The translations under genes and the position numbers were made by a program. A DNA stretch of 64,000 nucleotides, taken from contig MU006089.1 of assembly GCA_010093705.1 (NCBI GenBank), positions 3,374,061-3,438,060 of the forward strand, read 5' to 3'. How positions within the stretch are numbered: the first letter of the stretch is position 1; each line of letters begins with the position of its first letter. Positions 25,777 through 38,184 of this stretch are shown in pieces. The stretch is from Patellaria atrata CBS 101060 (taxonomy: Eukaryota). The notes beneath the pieces were generated by a model, which ran no database searches, had not been told where the DNA came from, and worked only from the letters and a program-made list of their open reading frames with translations.

Positions 25777-28647
25777 TTAATCTCGACGGCGCCGTCTACT
25801 GCTGAGTTCCCTTCTCCGGTCCTCCTCTTCGTATTTATCTCTATTTCTATCATCATCGTAATCGTCTGCACGGATTCTATAATCGCGCGCCCTTGAAGAA
25901 TCATCAGCTCCGCGAGCGTCAATCAAGTAGTTCTCAAAGGCTTTCGACATATCCATCACTCTTTCAAGATGACTCTTCTTCAGTTGAACTGTATCGCGGC
26001 CCTCCCGATTCGCTTCATATTCAGCCAGAGTAACTGCAGTTTGGAAACCTATTATCAGACTTAGTTCACCGACGATGACCAAAAATTATGGGTTTGTGAC
26101 CTACAGTTTCTAATTTCTCTTCCATTCCAATCTAGATCTTGGACGTACTTATCCCGGAGAACAAACTCGCGGACACTATAGTCGTACGATACTTTACCGT
26201 TCCGCTCCTTGTAAAGCTTATCAAAATTGTTCTCCCAGACTTGTCTACGTTGTTTCTCGTCAAATCCTTTATAATGAATGGAGATGTGGATACGCGACTG
26301 AAACGCCTCGTCGAAAGTACCAACTCTGTTCGTAGTGATGAACAGAATCCCTGAATAATACTCTAATGCGCGAAGGAAGACAGATACCACACTGTTCCGC
26401 TCCAGTTCTCTCTTGCTTCTCTCTTCCAGATAAATATCCGCTTCGTCCATGAGAAGGATGGCTTTCCAATCCTCAGCCCATTTGAAGTATCTGCTAAGAT
26501 TAGCCTCAACCCGGTCGCCAGTTGTCCCAATATCTCCAGCTGTTATAGATAAGAGTGGACGTCTAGTATTTTCTGCCACGCATTCTTTAGACGAGTTAGC
26601 AAGGTGCCAGCAAGACGAAACATATATCGTCAAAACGAACCAGCAGTCAAAGTCTTTCCGACTCCAGGCTTTCCATGTAGAAGGAATATCCTCCCCTGAC
26701 CTTTTCCGGGGACAAAGTCCGCGGTGAAATTGGTCTCACTTCTTGTAAATTCGTGACAGATAGCCTTAATCACATCCTTCTTATTCTCATCCATCACTAG
26801 GGAGTCCATTATCCCTGGATTAAACGTTGGTACGGAGACACCCGCGACATCCAGAATCCCTATGAACATATGCTTAGTATTGATTGGTACGGAATTGGGA
26901 AATATCCTCTTGGTTGGAAACGTGTACTCACGCCATTGCCGTTCCTTAAGCACATAGCCATATACAATTCGTGAGCAGAGAAGATATTGCTGGTCACTAA
27001 AAGAAGTCTCCGTCGGATCCATTTGATCCCATCCATAATACCGGCCCATGGTATTACATGTCTTGGCTTCTTCGGCCTTAAGGCAAGCGTCACAAAAACA
27101 ATTCGACGCTCCCATCGAGTCTGAAAAGTATCCCGAGAAGTCAGGTTCATGTTTATTCTTCAGTTGAGACTCCAACCAAGGTTGGAAGGTATAATCGAAA
27201 ACGATGCGCTCTCGAACGTACTGTACAAAAGGTTAATAACTTCCCTGTTATTCGAGGTACAGCAAGCGTATTATCCACTGATTGCTTCATTGGAGCTATA
27301 CCTTTCGCTTAGGTCCTTGCACAGTTGTTCCCGTGTACTCCATAAAGGAGTAATCCTTGACTGCTTTGAAGAACTTCTTACCGCGAGCGATTAGTCTTTC
27401 TCTCTCGGACTCAAGATTCGGGTGATAAGCTTCAGGATAGATCTTAAGCCTAGAAATCTCAACTTCACCATCAAATGGTTTGATCTCAACATTGAAGAGA
27501 GATCGACCGAAATATTGACCGTCGTAGTCAATATTCCAGACTTCAACTTTGTACGCTGTAGCCTTTCCCTTGATAACGCCCCCGCCTACCCACTCGACTA
27601 CGTAAGGTGAAGGCTCGTCGTCTTTCCTTACAAATACCATTTCTCCCGGTTTCAACAAGAGCCACAGATTTTTGAAGGTTGCGGTTGGTCGATCCCGGTT
27701 CCACCTGGCTTGTTCAATCCGTATTCCTCCACCATCCGATTCTTCGAGAAACCTCAACAGGAAGTCGATATGCGCGTTACATTCCGCAATATACGCTTCA
27801 TCGTGAGTGACTGGATGGTTGCTCTTATAATCTTCTAGTTCACTCCAATGGTTATAGAGCAGCTTGTACGGTGCAGATAACTGTATCCTGTTACCGTCCA
27901 AGTTTTCTGAGGTGTATGTCACAACAGAACGAATGGCATTAACGAGTAGAGGTGATAGTATGTTGAGATATGTTTGCTCGTAGAGCTCCACACCGTTGAC
28001 ATTCGCTTTGGTCTTCACTATCATTTTCTCCATGATGGGGACCTCAGTCTCGTCTTCATCATTGGGAGGCTCATCAAATTTCGTTACTTTCAAGACTTTC
28101 CCTTCCTCGTCTTCTTCTTGAATGACATATCGGAGCTTTATGAGGTACGTCTTTTTCTTAGAAACTTTCTGTTCAGATGTATCTTTCTTTGGTTCATCGG
28201 CAGCCCCTTTCGATTGATCGGACGGTATATTAGCCCCAGAATTTGAATTCCCTGGCCCATGGAAGAACTCAGCTGTTGATATCTTTGCGAAGTTAGTTCA
28301 CGCATTCCAGACTTAGCACGAGACATACTCCTGAAAGTACTATGCGCTGAACATTCGAAAAGGCGCTCTTTGTTGAAAGTTCAGCAACGGAAGAACCAGT
28401 GATGCCATCAGGCTGACCGGCTGTTACCGCACTACTAGAGATCTGAGCCTGTTCTTGATTACTATGAGACCTACTAGATCAATTAATTCGCGGTACAGAC
28501 CTCTTCTTGGGCCTTAACTATCGTTCCCATCTGATCCGATTCTGCTCCTGATATTGTGTCATGAATATTGTTCGTACCAGCATCTATCGAGTGATAACGA
28601 TTTGTTGTAGAATTTCCAGAAATCGTCTCGACCTCCGATGTCCCCAT
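25777..28647 (-). CDS. Fungal AAA+ ATPase with long N-terminal domain (7 exons)
   Basis: Walker A LLHGKPGVGKTLTA, Walker B ILLMDEAD, FLRALEYYSGILFITTNRVG, FQSRIH and WNGREIRN. Introns at about 28500-28449, 28328-28283 and 27301-27221, plus three more before 26050. The ATG at 28647 was inferred by splicing. Confidence 0.88.
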
Positions 28648-29120
28648 TATCACAGTATGTACTGTATAGTCGGAACTAGGCTAAATCTCTGTTTTAGTAA
28701 CGGACTATATAATGAGCACTGCAGAATGTTCTCTGAAATGACCTTTAGGTTCCAGTATATTGTGCAAGGTCGTTGGAAATCTCGAATTCATTCTTTTCGT
28801 AACTTTGGGGCTTAGTTCTACCTCAAGGTCAAAAGGCTGAAAAATCATGGCCCCCAAAAAGCCAAGATATTACTCTGCAGCGAGTCATCTTCTTGATTAT
28901 TTCTTAGACCTTTTGGTTATATGCATGAAAGCTGTCTATCAGACTGGAACTAGCTGGGGCCCGAAGCTCGGTATGTAGGACAACCGACCCATATGCCCTA
29001 GATATCCTCTGCCTAGAGTTCGGTCAAATATGGCCGATTACGGTTGATGCTATTAGAACTAAAAATACGTATCATAGAATCGAAAACTCTTAGCTATCAG
29101 TTGCTTTTCAACGTCACTCT
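28648..29120. promoter_or_regulatory. Putative bidirectional promoter between the AAA+ ATPase and the NACHT-like gene
   Basis: About 470-bp gap between divergent start codons, with a TATATAA element at ~28706. Confidence 0.45.
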
Positions 29121-31452
29121 ATGAATATGTCAAATTCAATTCCTCAACCTGACGAAGATGAAGAGACTCTCGAAATAGAAGGTCGAGAAATAGTGCGACA
29201 ATTTAGCGATCAGCTGAAGAGCAAGCATCCAGATCCGTCAATACTTCAGCAAGCACTTATTCAAAGTATGGAGGAGGATGAAGTTTTGCAGACTAATAGT
29301 AATCGAAGGAGAGATTTATTCCAGTCCGCGGAGGACGGAGGCCAGTACGTCTTAAATTAGACTCTGTACATACTGTGCAACAAATCTGAACTGACATACT
29401 GGTATGGGTAGTGGTTTCGATCTGGTAACAGTCGAATGTAATTTAGTAAGAGACGCTTGGTCCGAGTTTATTTCTCAATTACCAGAGGAGGACAGTAGGT
29501 CAAGGAAGCAGTGGTCCAGGAACAAAAGGTCTACGAAAGTTGACCAAGAACTTCGAGCACTCAAGGCATCGACATTGGCAGATGTACTCACAGAAGTCAA
29601 CAAAGCTCAAGAAGCATGGGAAGAGAAAGATCGTTTGATGGGCGGGAAAATACAGGACGGTTTTCATAAGGTATGCGCATCGATAAACGACCACCAGGCA
29701 ATATTGGATGCTGTGCCCTCCCAAAACGATTATACCTCGACATTGTGTGGTAGCGTAAGAATGCTTGTCAAGGTGAGTATTTGAATTCCTCAATGCAGCA
29801 GTATGCCTGAGCTTTTCTTAGGCATCGGTCAGACATGTCAAGTACGCCGAAGACCTCGCTAAAGCGCTTGAGGAAGTCAGCGATGAGATGAACCAAGTCA
29901 TAATGCTTGTCAGTATCATGAACGTCAAGGAGTTACGGAAGAAAGTAGCAAATCTCTACGTCAATCTGTTCCATTTCTTCCGCAGCTCGATCAACTGGTT
30001 CAATGCAGGGAGTTGGAGTTCGTTCTCAAAAGCCATCCTTGATCATGTCGACACTAATGTATGCATAGCAAAGATCCGGAACGGCTTAAACGAAGGTTTC
30101 TACGATGCGATGTGCTCGGAGATCCAAGCCATACGCGTTCTCTCTGACCACATCTTCCGCGATGCTCAAGCTCGGGGGATCGTAGAGAATCGTGAACATC
30201 GGCTGATATCTGAACAAACCTATGTCGGAGTCCAACAAATCACATCTCAGATTAACACAGTGACTCTATCACAATGGAGGCATATAGAGATCCTGCGCGA
30301 GGAAAACCGCCGAGAAAGGGAAGAGCGGCAGCGTGAGAGAGAAGAGCTCGAAAAGATGATTAAGCAGCTCGGCGACAGGATGGCTGATGACCTCGTTACA
30401 ATCTTTAAGGACCAAAGGAATCAGCCCTTGGCTTTAAAGAATAACATCGGTCCTCAAAGTGAGCACTTGTTGATCGGTAAGGCACCTATCTGATCCTGCA
30501 GTAATAGTATTACTTAACTATTGTTATTACTTCAGAATCCTCCCCTTCCCCTGACCCACACGACTACACATCGGGAACACTGACCTTAGATTTCATCACC
30601 GTACCTCCAGGTACAAAAACATGTTATCACCGGAACGATATGCTCGCGTACTCCTCCCACCTGGACGATTCCATAACCGGCTTTACCAGTACCGCACTGG
30701 CAACCCGTCGCCGCCCTTCCATGGCCAGCAAAGCGGTCGTTGACGCACTCTCCTCTTGGATTCGGGCCCCTAAGTCCCGTCGTCTCTGGATCTTTGGATC
30801 ACCTGCATCTACCATGCCCTCCACCATGGCCGGTGCGACTACAGCCGTCATCCAATCCGCTCACGATCTAGCAATTCCCTGTATTGCGCACGCGTGCGAT
30901 CGACCTGCGCGAAAACCGCGCCGACAAACGCGCGAGGAAGCTGGATTGATCGGATTGGTTTATAGCTTTATCCGGCAGCTGATTGCTGGTCTTCCCGATG
31001 ACTTTGAGAGCGAGAACGATTTGGGAGCTGAAAGGTTTGAAGACCTGGATGGCGCAGTCGAGTCCTGGGAAAGTGCTCTCGAAGTGCTAGAAACCCTTCT
31101 TCATCTCGGAAACCCGCTCCTCCTTGTTCTTATCGACGGGCTCAATATGCTAGATCACGGTGGCGGGGCTCGGTACTGTGAAGATCTACTCTCCGTGCTT
31201 GAGGACGCCATGGCCTGGAGAACGGGGAGCGTCAAGTTGCTACTCACTACGGCTGGCGCGTCGCGGACGCTCCGTGCGTTTGTAGACCGTAAGGATATGT
31301 GCTTCGTTGAGGACGAGACTCCCAGAAGACAAGGTTCGGATGTGCTGGGGGAGGAAGACGTCCCGTTCCGCCTCAGGGGCTTGTATAAGGGATCCACGAT
31401 TCTAGAGGATGGGAGGGGGAGAACTGCAAGTCCAGAGAGGGAAGGAGGGTAG
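29121..31452 (+). CDS. NACHT/STAND-like protein with helical N-terminal domain, coiled coil and degenerate P-loop; no sensor repeats
   Basis: Introns 29345-29411, 29773-29821, 30018-30068 and 30477-30535 give one frame. The N-terminal block (AILDAVPSQNDYTSTLCGSVRMLVKAS..VANLYVNLFHFF..INWF) resembles domains found before fungal NACHTs. LWIFG, LVYSFIRQLI, LLVLIDGLNMLD and VKLLLTT follow the NACHT strand order, but there is no GxGKS/T. Confidence 0.7.
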
Positions 31453-32334
31453 AAGAATCTCCAAAACCCCCAAAGACCGAGCAAAAATGAACCGAACAAA
31501 TCGGGAACCCACGAGCGATTTTAACAGGTCCCTCCACTCCTCTATCTCGAAAACGCTCCGCTAAGCACTCCCCCTCTCCCCACCGTATATTTACCGTACG
31601 ACAGAACCCGGAAAACCACATCTCCTTGTATTTCCGAACGATTCGATGTGAGCAACGCATATTCACTATGTAAAAGTTTGATACAAAGGCACATGGACGG
31701 GGCATTCCTGTATACCGCTCGCTAGATCAGATATGAATACTCGTCACTCAAGTAGTGAATTTGCGATTTTCCTTCTTTTTTTGTTCTGTGAGCTGGGGGT
31801 ACTGTACTGCACTGGGAAGATGTGGTGGATATGTTGGTTCTTTAAGTATAACGGTATAATTGGGATTCAGAGTAGCTGATTATGCGCTCGCCCTTCGATA
31901 CTCATGTTCTGCGTCTCATTGCCATCGTTGCCCAGATAAGGGGAGATCGGAGGTCTTGGCTGTTATAGTATCATAGTAAAATACATCATGGTTCTTGATA
32001 GTACTGTACACCGCCAATTTGAGATGTGGGCGGAGACAGCGGATCATGTGCTTCTCTTCATTCTAGGGGGAGTGTGGGTTCAAGAGATTGGGGAAAATGC
32101 TGTACTGAATTGTAGACAGGGCCAATTATTCCGAGGAGTGGAAGAATCGCATATTTGGCATACGATAGTCATGAAATCTTGTTATGATAGTTCTAAGACC
32201 GACTTAGAAACAACCGCATATTTAACGAGCGTGTAGTGTATAGAAACCATATGTTTTACCAAACCATTTCCCGTACAAGTCGTCCCTATTCAAGCCTCGG
32301 GGGTGCTCCTACCCCCATAGCGTTCTGTCAAGAC

Positions 32335-33895
32335 TTAGATCTTGATAGCAAACTGCTTCAAGTACTCATAATCCTCAACATTAGCTTTTACTGTCTCCGC
32401 GATGACCTTAGCACCCTCCTCCCCATACTTCTCCACCCATTCTCGATGAAACTCCTCGTCCGATTTCGTTTTCTTCTTCTGTTAGCCGGAGACGACTTGA
32501 TTAACATCGGACTCACAACAAAAGAAAAGTAATTTCCCACGATCGAGATAGAAGGGAAGGAGAAGTCTTACATGTTGACGAGCTCTGAGCTCATTGCTGC
32601 TTAACGCATCATCGTGAAATCCAGGCCATTTCCCGAACGCCTCATGCGCGATTTTCGTATCCTCATCCGTCCACTTAAGCATACGCTCCAAGAAGTCGAT
32701 TCCGATACTCTTGCAGTAAGCTGAGAGGATGCCCTTGGGATCGTCGAGTAGATCGTCCGCGTCTATGACACAAATTTCTACCTGTCCTTCTTCATCGCTC
32801 CCGGTGGATGATGAATCGGATGATGAATCGGACTGGCCGGCAAACTTGGGTCCAATCAGACCAACGGATTTAAGATAGTCGAAGAAGCGGCGGAGCTCGT
32901 CGTATCCAGCTTCATTAGGCATGAAGTTGTAGAAGCCAGTCACCTCATCGAGTGGTGGGACCGTGCAACGATAGTAGCTCGGAATGCTGGACCGGGGGTG
33001 ACGGATCAAGAAGGTGAAGTGAAACTGCTTCAGTAGTTGTTCGGGTACGACGGTTGGATTACCGGGCTCCGCAGCGGTTAGATAAGGATAAGGGGGAACG
33101 GAGATGTCTTTTTTGGCATTTACATCTATAACCTCTTCCGATGAGGTACCCACTCCACGTTTATAGTGAACCAAGGACGGAGCAATAGAGGCCGGTTTGC
33201 CCTCGGGAGGTAGTAAGTAGTACGTGATATCCTTGATGAAGACACGTTTGCCCTATTGTTGGTAGGTAAGTAGCTATTACTTCCAAATACAATATGTATC
33301 TGGTTGTTTTTCTTAAAATATACTGAGAAGACGAGACGATATGCGATAAGGGTACGGTATGGAACGGGTGGAGGGGTAGCTTATGTTGCTTATGTTTGTA
33401 GATCGACGGTTCCTCGTAGAGCGGTTAAGATTGTAACGTCTCAATTGTTTCACCTCACTGTGGTGGTCGATATCCGAGGATGAGCAAAGGACAAAACTTC
33501 AAGGGTACGGCGGCATGAATGATAACGGGAAAAGGTATGTACGAAAGCACTGGTAACTATAAAGCGATAGCTTTTTGAAAGGAAGCTAACCTCAGTATTA
33601 TTGCGGTCGATATTTTCGAAGATGGTCTTGTAGGTACTTTCAGAAAAGCCACATTTGATTCTAGCATCCTCGTCTTGCTCGTATCTGGTGCTGAGTCTCT
33701 CAGGACCGTAGTAGAAGGCGTCACCAAATGGTTCATGGACGCATTGCAAAATGTCACGGCGGGTCATAAAGACCTAGTGGACATATAAGATTATTATAAT
33801 GACATTCGTGGAAAACTCTCCAGCAAACTTACTCGCTCGAAAGCTGTTGAGCATGCCCTCGGGTGGGTTGCTACGAAAATAGGTTTTTGAGACAT
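32335..33895 (-). CDS. Sulfotransferase-like P-loop protein
   Basis: MSQKPIFVATHPRACSTAFER|VFMTRRDILQCVHEPFGDAFYYGPE..KRVFIKDI..FTFLIRHP..VIDADDLLDDP..ML.W. Three introns; last exon ends DYEYLKQFAIKI*. Confidence 0.8.
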
Positions 33896-35153
33896 ATCTC
33901 TTGTCCCTCGTTCCTCGACGGGAATTGAATCAGTTCTATATTCCAAGTAACCGTGTTCAAGACGGAATCGCGGAATGCAAAAGATGTTCGCGTTAACCGG
34001 TCAAGTATATTTCAACTTGAGCGGCTATCGGAAAGAGTAAGACGACGTAATGACCTGCAGCTAAGCAAGGTATAAGTCTCTTTAAGCACCGGAATAGAAC
34101 CGGAATCAAGCAAGTGGAAAATTTTGATAACTATATAGTCCGTTAGTCCGTGGGTCACCATATATGTTTGTCAGTTGAATGCTTTGTTTTGCTTGTACTC
34201 GCTACCAAGAAGTGGTGAGGTCAATTGGTCAAGGCTATGGGGAGTAATAGTGTGATTTGCTCTCTTGTCAGCTCGTTGAATGTCGAATGAGAACCCGAGT
34301 ACACGAGCACGTCAGAACTAAGGCTTGATTGCTTTCGGATAGGGTATCGAATAGTAACACTTTTAGACCCCATTATGAACGCCTCGACGTCAGATCTAAG
34401 TCTACGGGCCTGGGCTATGGATATCTTCGAGCGTTTCTCGGGGGTTTTTCGACAAGGCTTCTTCATGCCGCATCCCCAACCAGATAGATCTGGAAGCTGA
34501 AGGGGGCATTGATACGAAACAGCCTATACGGTAGAACTAAGTAGTTCTTCCCTGTTCCTATGGATACTGCTGTATGAGAAAAAGTTATAGGGGACGGTAG
34601 TTGCAAGTTTTGACTGATGTGCAAATAGAACTATATTAACCTTTAGACTATCCAAAGGAGCGGATCCGCGCCCCCGGGAAGGGGGGGGGGGGGGCGCAGG
34701 GTTCAACCTGAGCGGTCTCAGTACACTGTTAACACTCCAGAGAGACACAATCTCGCCCGGATTAACATTCTTTAAGAGGCTTGTATGTAGAGAGATATCT
34801 AGGCTTAATGTATGGTACTGATTTGAGAGGAGATCCGTGGTTTTCGGTCATGGTAGCTCATATTGGTTGAGACTTTTATTAACCACCAGCTAATATCCAG
34901 ATATCAACATTCACCTAAACCATCCATTTTCATCCACAGGGAATTCTAACATTTTGAATTCTTTACTTTCATTATTGTTACAATTATAGTTACTCTCGGG
35001 GTATTTGACATTACCAATTACCACTCTGCCTCTTTCATCGACTCAACTCACAGCGTGAGTAATATAATGAGGTAAGTCCCATGTCTCAAAACCAACATAT
35101 CCACTCCTAATAAAAGTCTTACAAAAGAAATATTATATAGAAAATGGGTATCA

Positions 35154-36769
35154 TCACTTCGTCCAATCATCAATCTCCATCCCTTGCCCGTACACCATGG
35201 CACCCGCACCTGTATGTGCTTGCTGTTGATGATCATGTGATTGGTGATGTTGACCTTCCGCCAATTCCATCCTGACTTGGTCGAATAGGCCTGGGTGATT
35301 CTGAAGATAATCGTGCGTATTCTCTTCCACTTCGCCCATATCTGAGAGGCAGAAATAGATGTCCTGATGTACGGACTGGGGATGTGTATTTCGTTGCCAC
35401 TCATCTACTGTGCTCAGTAAACTCTCTGGCTGTTGTTGATGATGTTGTTGTTGGTGTTGTGGTTGCGGAGTATCGTGTGAGAATTGCAGAACCATTGAGG
35501 CGGCAGAGGATGGATGCTGACAATGTTCTTGGGTGGATTTGTGCTCGAACTTGAGCGGCGCTGGAGTGTCTAAGTTTTGTGGTGTCTCGGAGTCATCTGA
35601 TGGTGGTTGAGGCAGTGGTTTGTTGACCGGCGGTTGGTTATTACGCGCAAGCTCTGGGGTTAGACAATTCGCACGGTATCCAATATTGTAGGCTGTTTGA
35701 ACTAAGTGTTCGATGTCCCGTGTGGGGCGATTATATTCAAGATCCTCAAGCGCCTTGCCGACCGACTTCTTGTCCCATTTAAAGTAACCGAACCAAGGAT
35801 CCCTTTCACCGTGTAGACGGAAGATGAGCGCTTCCCATACTGGGCGGACTTCGGGTTGGGAAAGTAGTCCCATTATCACCCTTCCATATTCCCACTTCTC
35901 TTTACCCTCGCGCTGCTCGAAATGAGCGGCGATGTGGTTACAACGTTCTTCCCAGGTTGAGAGTGGGACGCCACAGAATCCGCAACCCCATGCTGACTTT
36001 TTCTCTAGGAGTACAACTGCTCCTTTTGCGTGGGGACATTTCTCGCAATTATGTGCCATCCGATGATGCTGTCGTAATTTATTTTCAGAAAAGAATACTT
36101 GAATGCAATCCGGACATGGCCATTTTCGCCATCGTTCGTGATATTCTTCCTCGTGATGCTTCCAGTCCCATTTACGGGTAAACTTCACCTCGCATGAGGT
36201 GCATGTAAATATTTGCTCTTTCGGAGGGTAATCAAAACTTCTCGAAGCCCTTGATGATGGTCTGGTGAGACTAGCATCGGTTGCTAGACTGATGGATGAT
36301 GAAGTTGATCTCAACGAGGGTGCATAGGAATCCTCGCGTCTCTGGTACTTCGCATATTGAAAGTTACCCGATGTGGAAGGTAATCGGACCTTCTCATGAA
36401 GAGTTACATGTGGAGACGATGCTTGACTGATGGAAGATGCCGAAGAAGCTATAGAATTTCTTGAAAAGGGGGTTGAAAATACGCTTGAGGACATGGACGA
36501 GCGATTATTTGAAGATGCATAAGATGAACGCGATTGAGTCGTCGCGTGCTTGAATGGACTAGCATTTCGTCGTCGGCCCTGATCTATGCTCGGATGTATG
36601 AATGGTCCTTGGTCTATTGATTTGTTAGGTATGTAACCGAAAATGGTAATGCGAGATATGTCATACTATTTCCTCTTGCAATTTCGAGCCACCGGAATAT
36701 TATGGCATCATCAAAGTGGATCAAAGCATTAATATGATTACAAACTTCAAGTGGAATTGGGAAATCCAT
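35154..36769 (-). CDS. C2H2 zinc-finger protein
   Basis: FTCTSCEVKFTRKWDWKHHEEEYH, WPCPDC..HHRMAH and WGCGFC..RCNHIAAHF. An extra first exon (MDFPIPLEVCNH...ARGN) is joined in frame by intron 36666-36614. Confidence 0.85.
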
Positions 36770-38184
36770 ATATTCTTTCTTCGATAATAGACAGAGATGT
36801 TGTTGAAAGTACAGTTAAGGATTAACGAGTGAATTAGATTAGGACCGCGAAAAAGTTGAACAGATGAACGAAGAAATTCGGGGTCGGTAGAAAGACATTC
36901 AACAAAAGTCATTCATACCTCTAGGCTACATATGAAGACTGATAATGTGCCCGGAGCCAAGGTGATGAACGGTGGGAAGGGTTGCAGGTTCACCTGAAAC
37001 AGTTTTATGGTCGCTCCTCTTACTCCTCTGACCAGTCCAAACCAAGACCCCTGCACTTGTAGCCGCATCAAAATTCTTGTAAACAGGCCAAAGGTTTCGA
37101 AACACGGGGAGAGGAACCAATCGACGAATAAGACTTTTGAATCCAGACGATCTAGCTGAACTTTGGCTGCATTTGGGGACTGGCTTCGTTTCAGAAATTA
37201 AAACCCAGTAACTTGACACAACCGATGTCGACAGATATCTTGACACTCCCGCGATCCTGATGGAGTTGAGAATATCCCGAAAAACATATAACGATGATAG
37301 TTATGACACAAACCGTGAAGAGAAAAGTAATTGTAACCATATAGTTGGCTGAATTCTTGATTCAAATTGCCTCGGAAAGCAAGAAAAACACCGTTAATGA
37401 TGTTGCACCCCAATCGCACAAAGAAGAATAACGCAGCACACTATCAGACAACGGAGTGCATCTTCGCAGTTCCGGAGACCTGTAGTAAGGGGTTTTGGAC
37501 ACTCTGAAACTCTCTCTCTCTGCTGTTCAACCTCAACAATGGAGTATGATTGGCGAGCTTCTCGTTTCCGCCAGGTAAGACGAAGCTGAAACGTTTCCTC
37601 CCCGCCATTTGGAATATCCGGTACATACAGCAGATCCACGGCGGACTTTATTGAACAAATTCTATGGGCTAAGGAATTGATCTACAAGAGCTTAAGATGT
37701 TTGACAGCAATAGATTGATGTTTTGCATCTTAGTCAAACGATCAAGCTAGCTCTATGTGATCACTATAAGCCTTATAGCCCACATTTCCAAATGCTACAA
37801 ATGAGAAGCTCGAATCAGATTGAAAGTCTCCGATTGACTTGTTCTTACTCACACCAATGGATAGTTAGTTTACGTTATACTACATATGTTAGCATCGGAC
37901 AATGTTTGGCTCGAATCGAGAACAGCTCGTATTCCAAGATTTCTTGAAAGTAAATCGGCATCACATACTTCCAAATCTCCGAATGCAAAGAAAAGTATTC
38001 TCCCCCAAAAGCAATCTATCAAACAGGGCGAATGAACCCAGTAGTTTTTTGGAGCCTGTGTTCGAGGGTTAAGACACGAGCATCGAAACGGTGTATAAAC
38101 ATCCCGGATGCGGGGAGTATGGACCACGATATCATAAGGATTGCTTGCGGATCGATCGACATGCCACTACTAATTTCCAGATCC

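Noticed and set aside
34670..34701. Poly-G run with G-quadruplex potential
   Set aside because: It is a single homopolymer with no other support, and its length is unreliable in assemblies.
36926..37246. Upstream ORF ending ATG-TAG that could fuse to the C2H2 gene by splicing plus stop editing
   Set aside because: A simpler ATG exon with a canonical 53-nt intron (36666-36614) explains the open frame. The upstream ORF has no ATG start or protein-like features.
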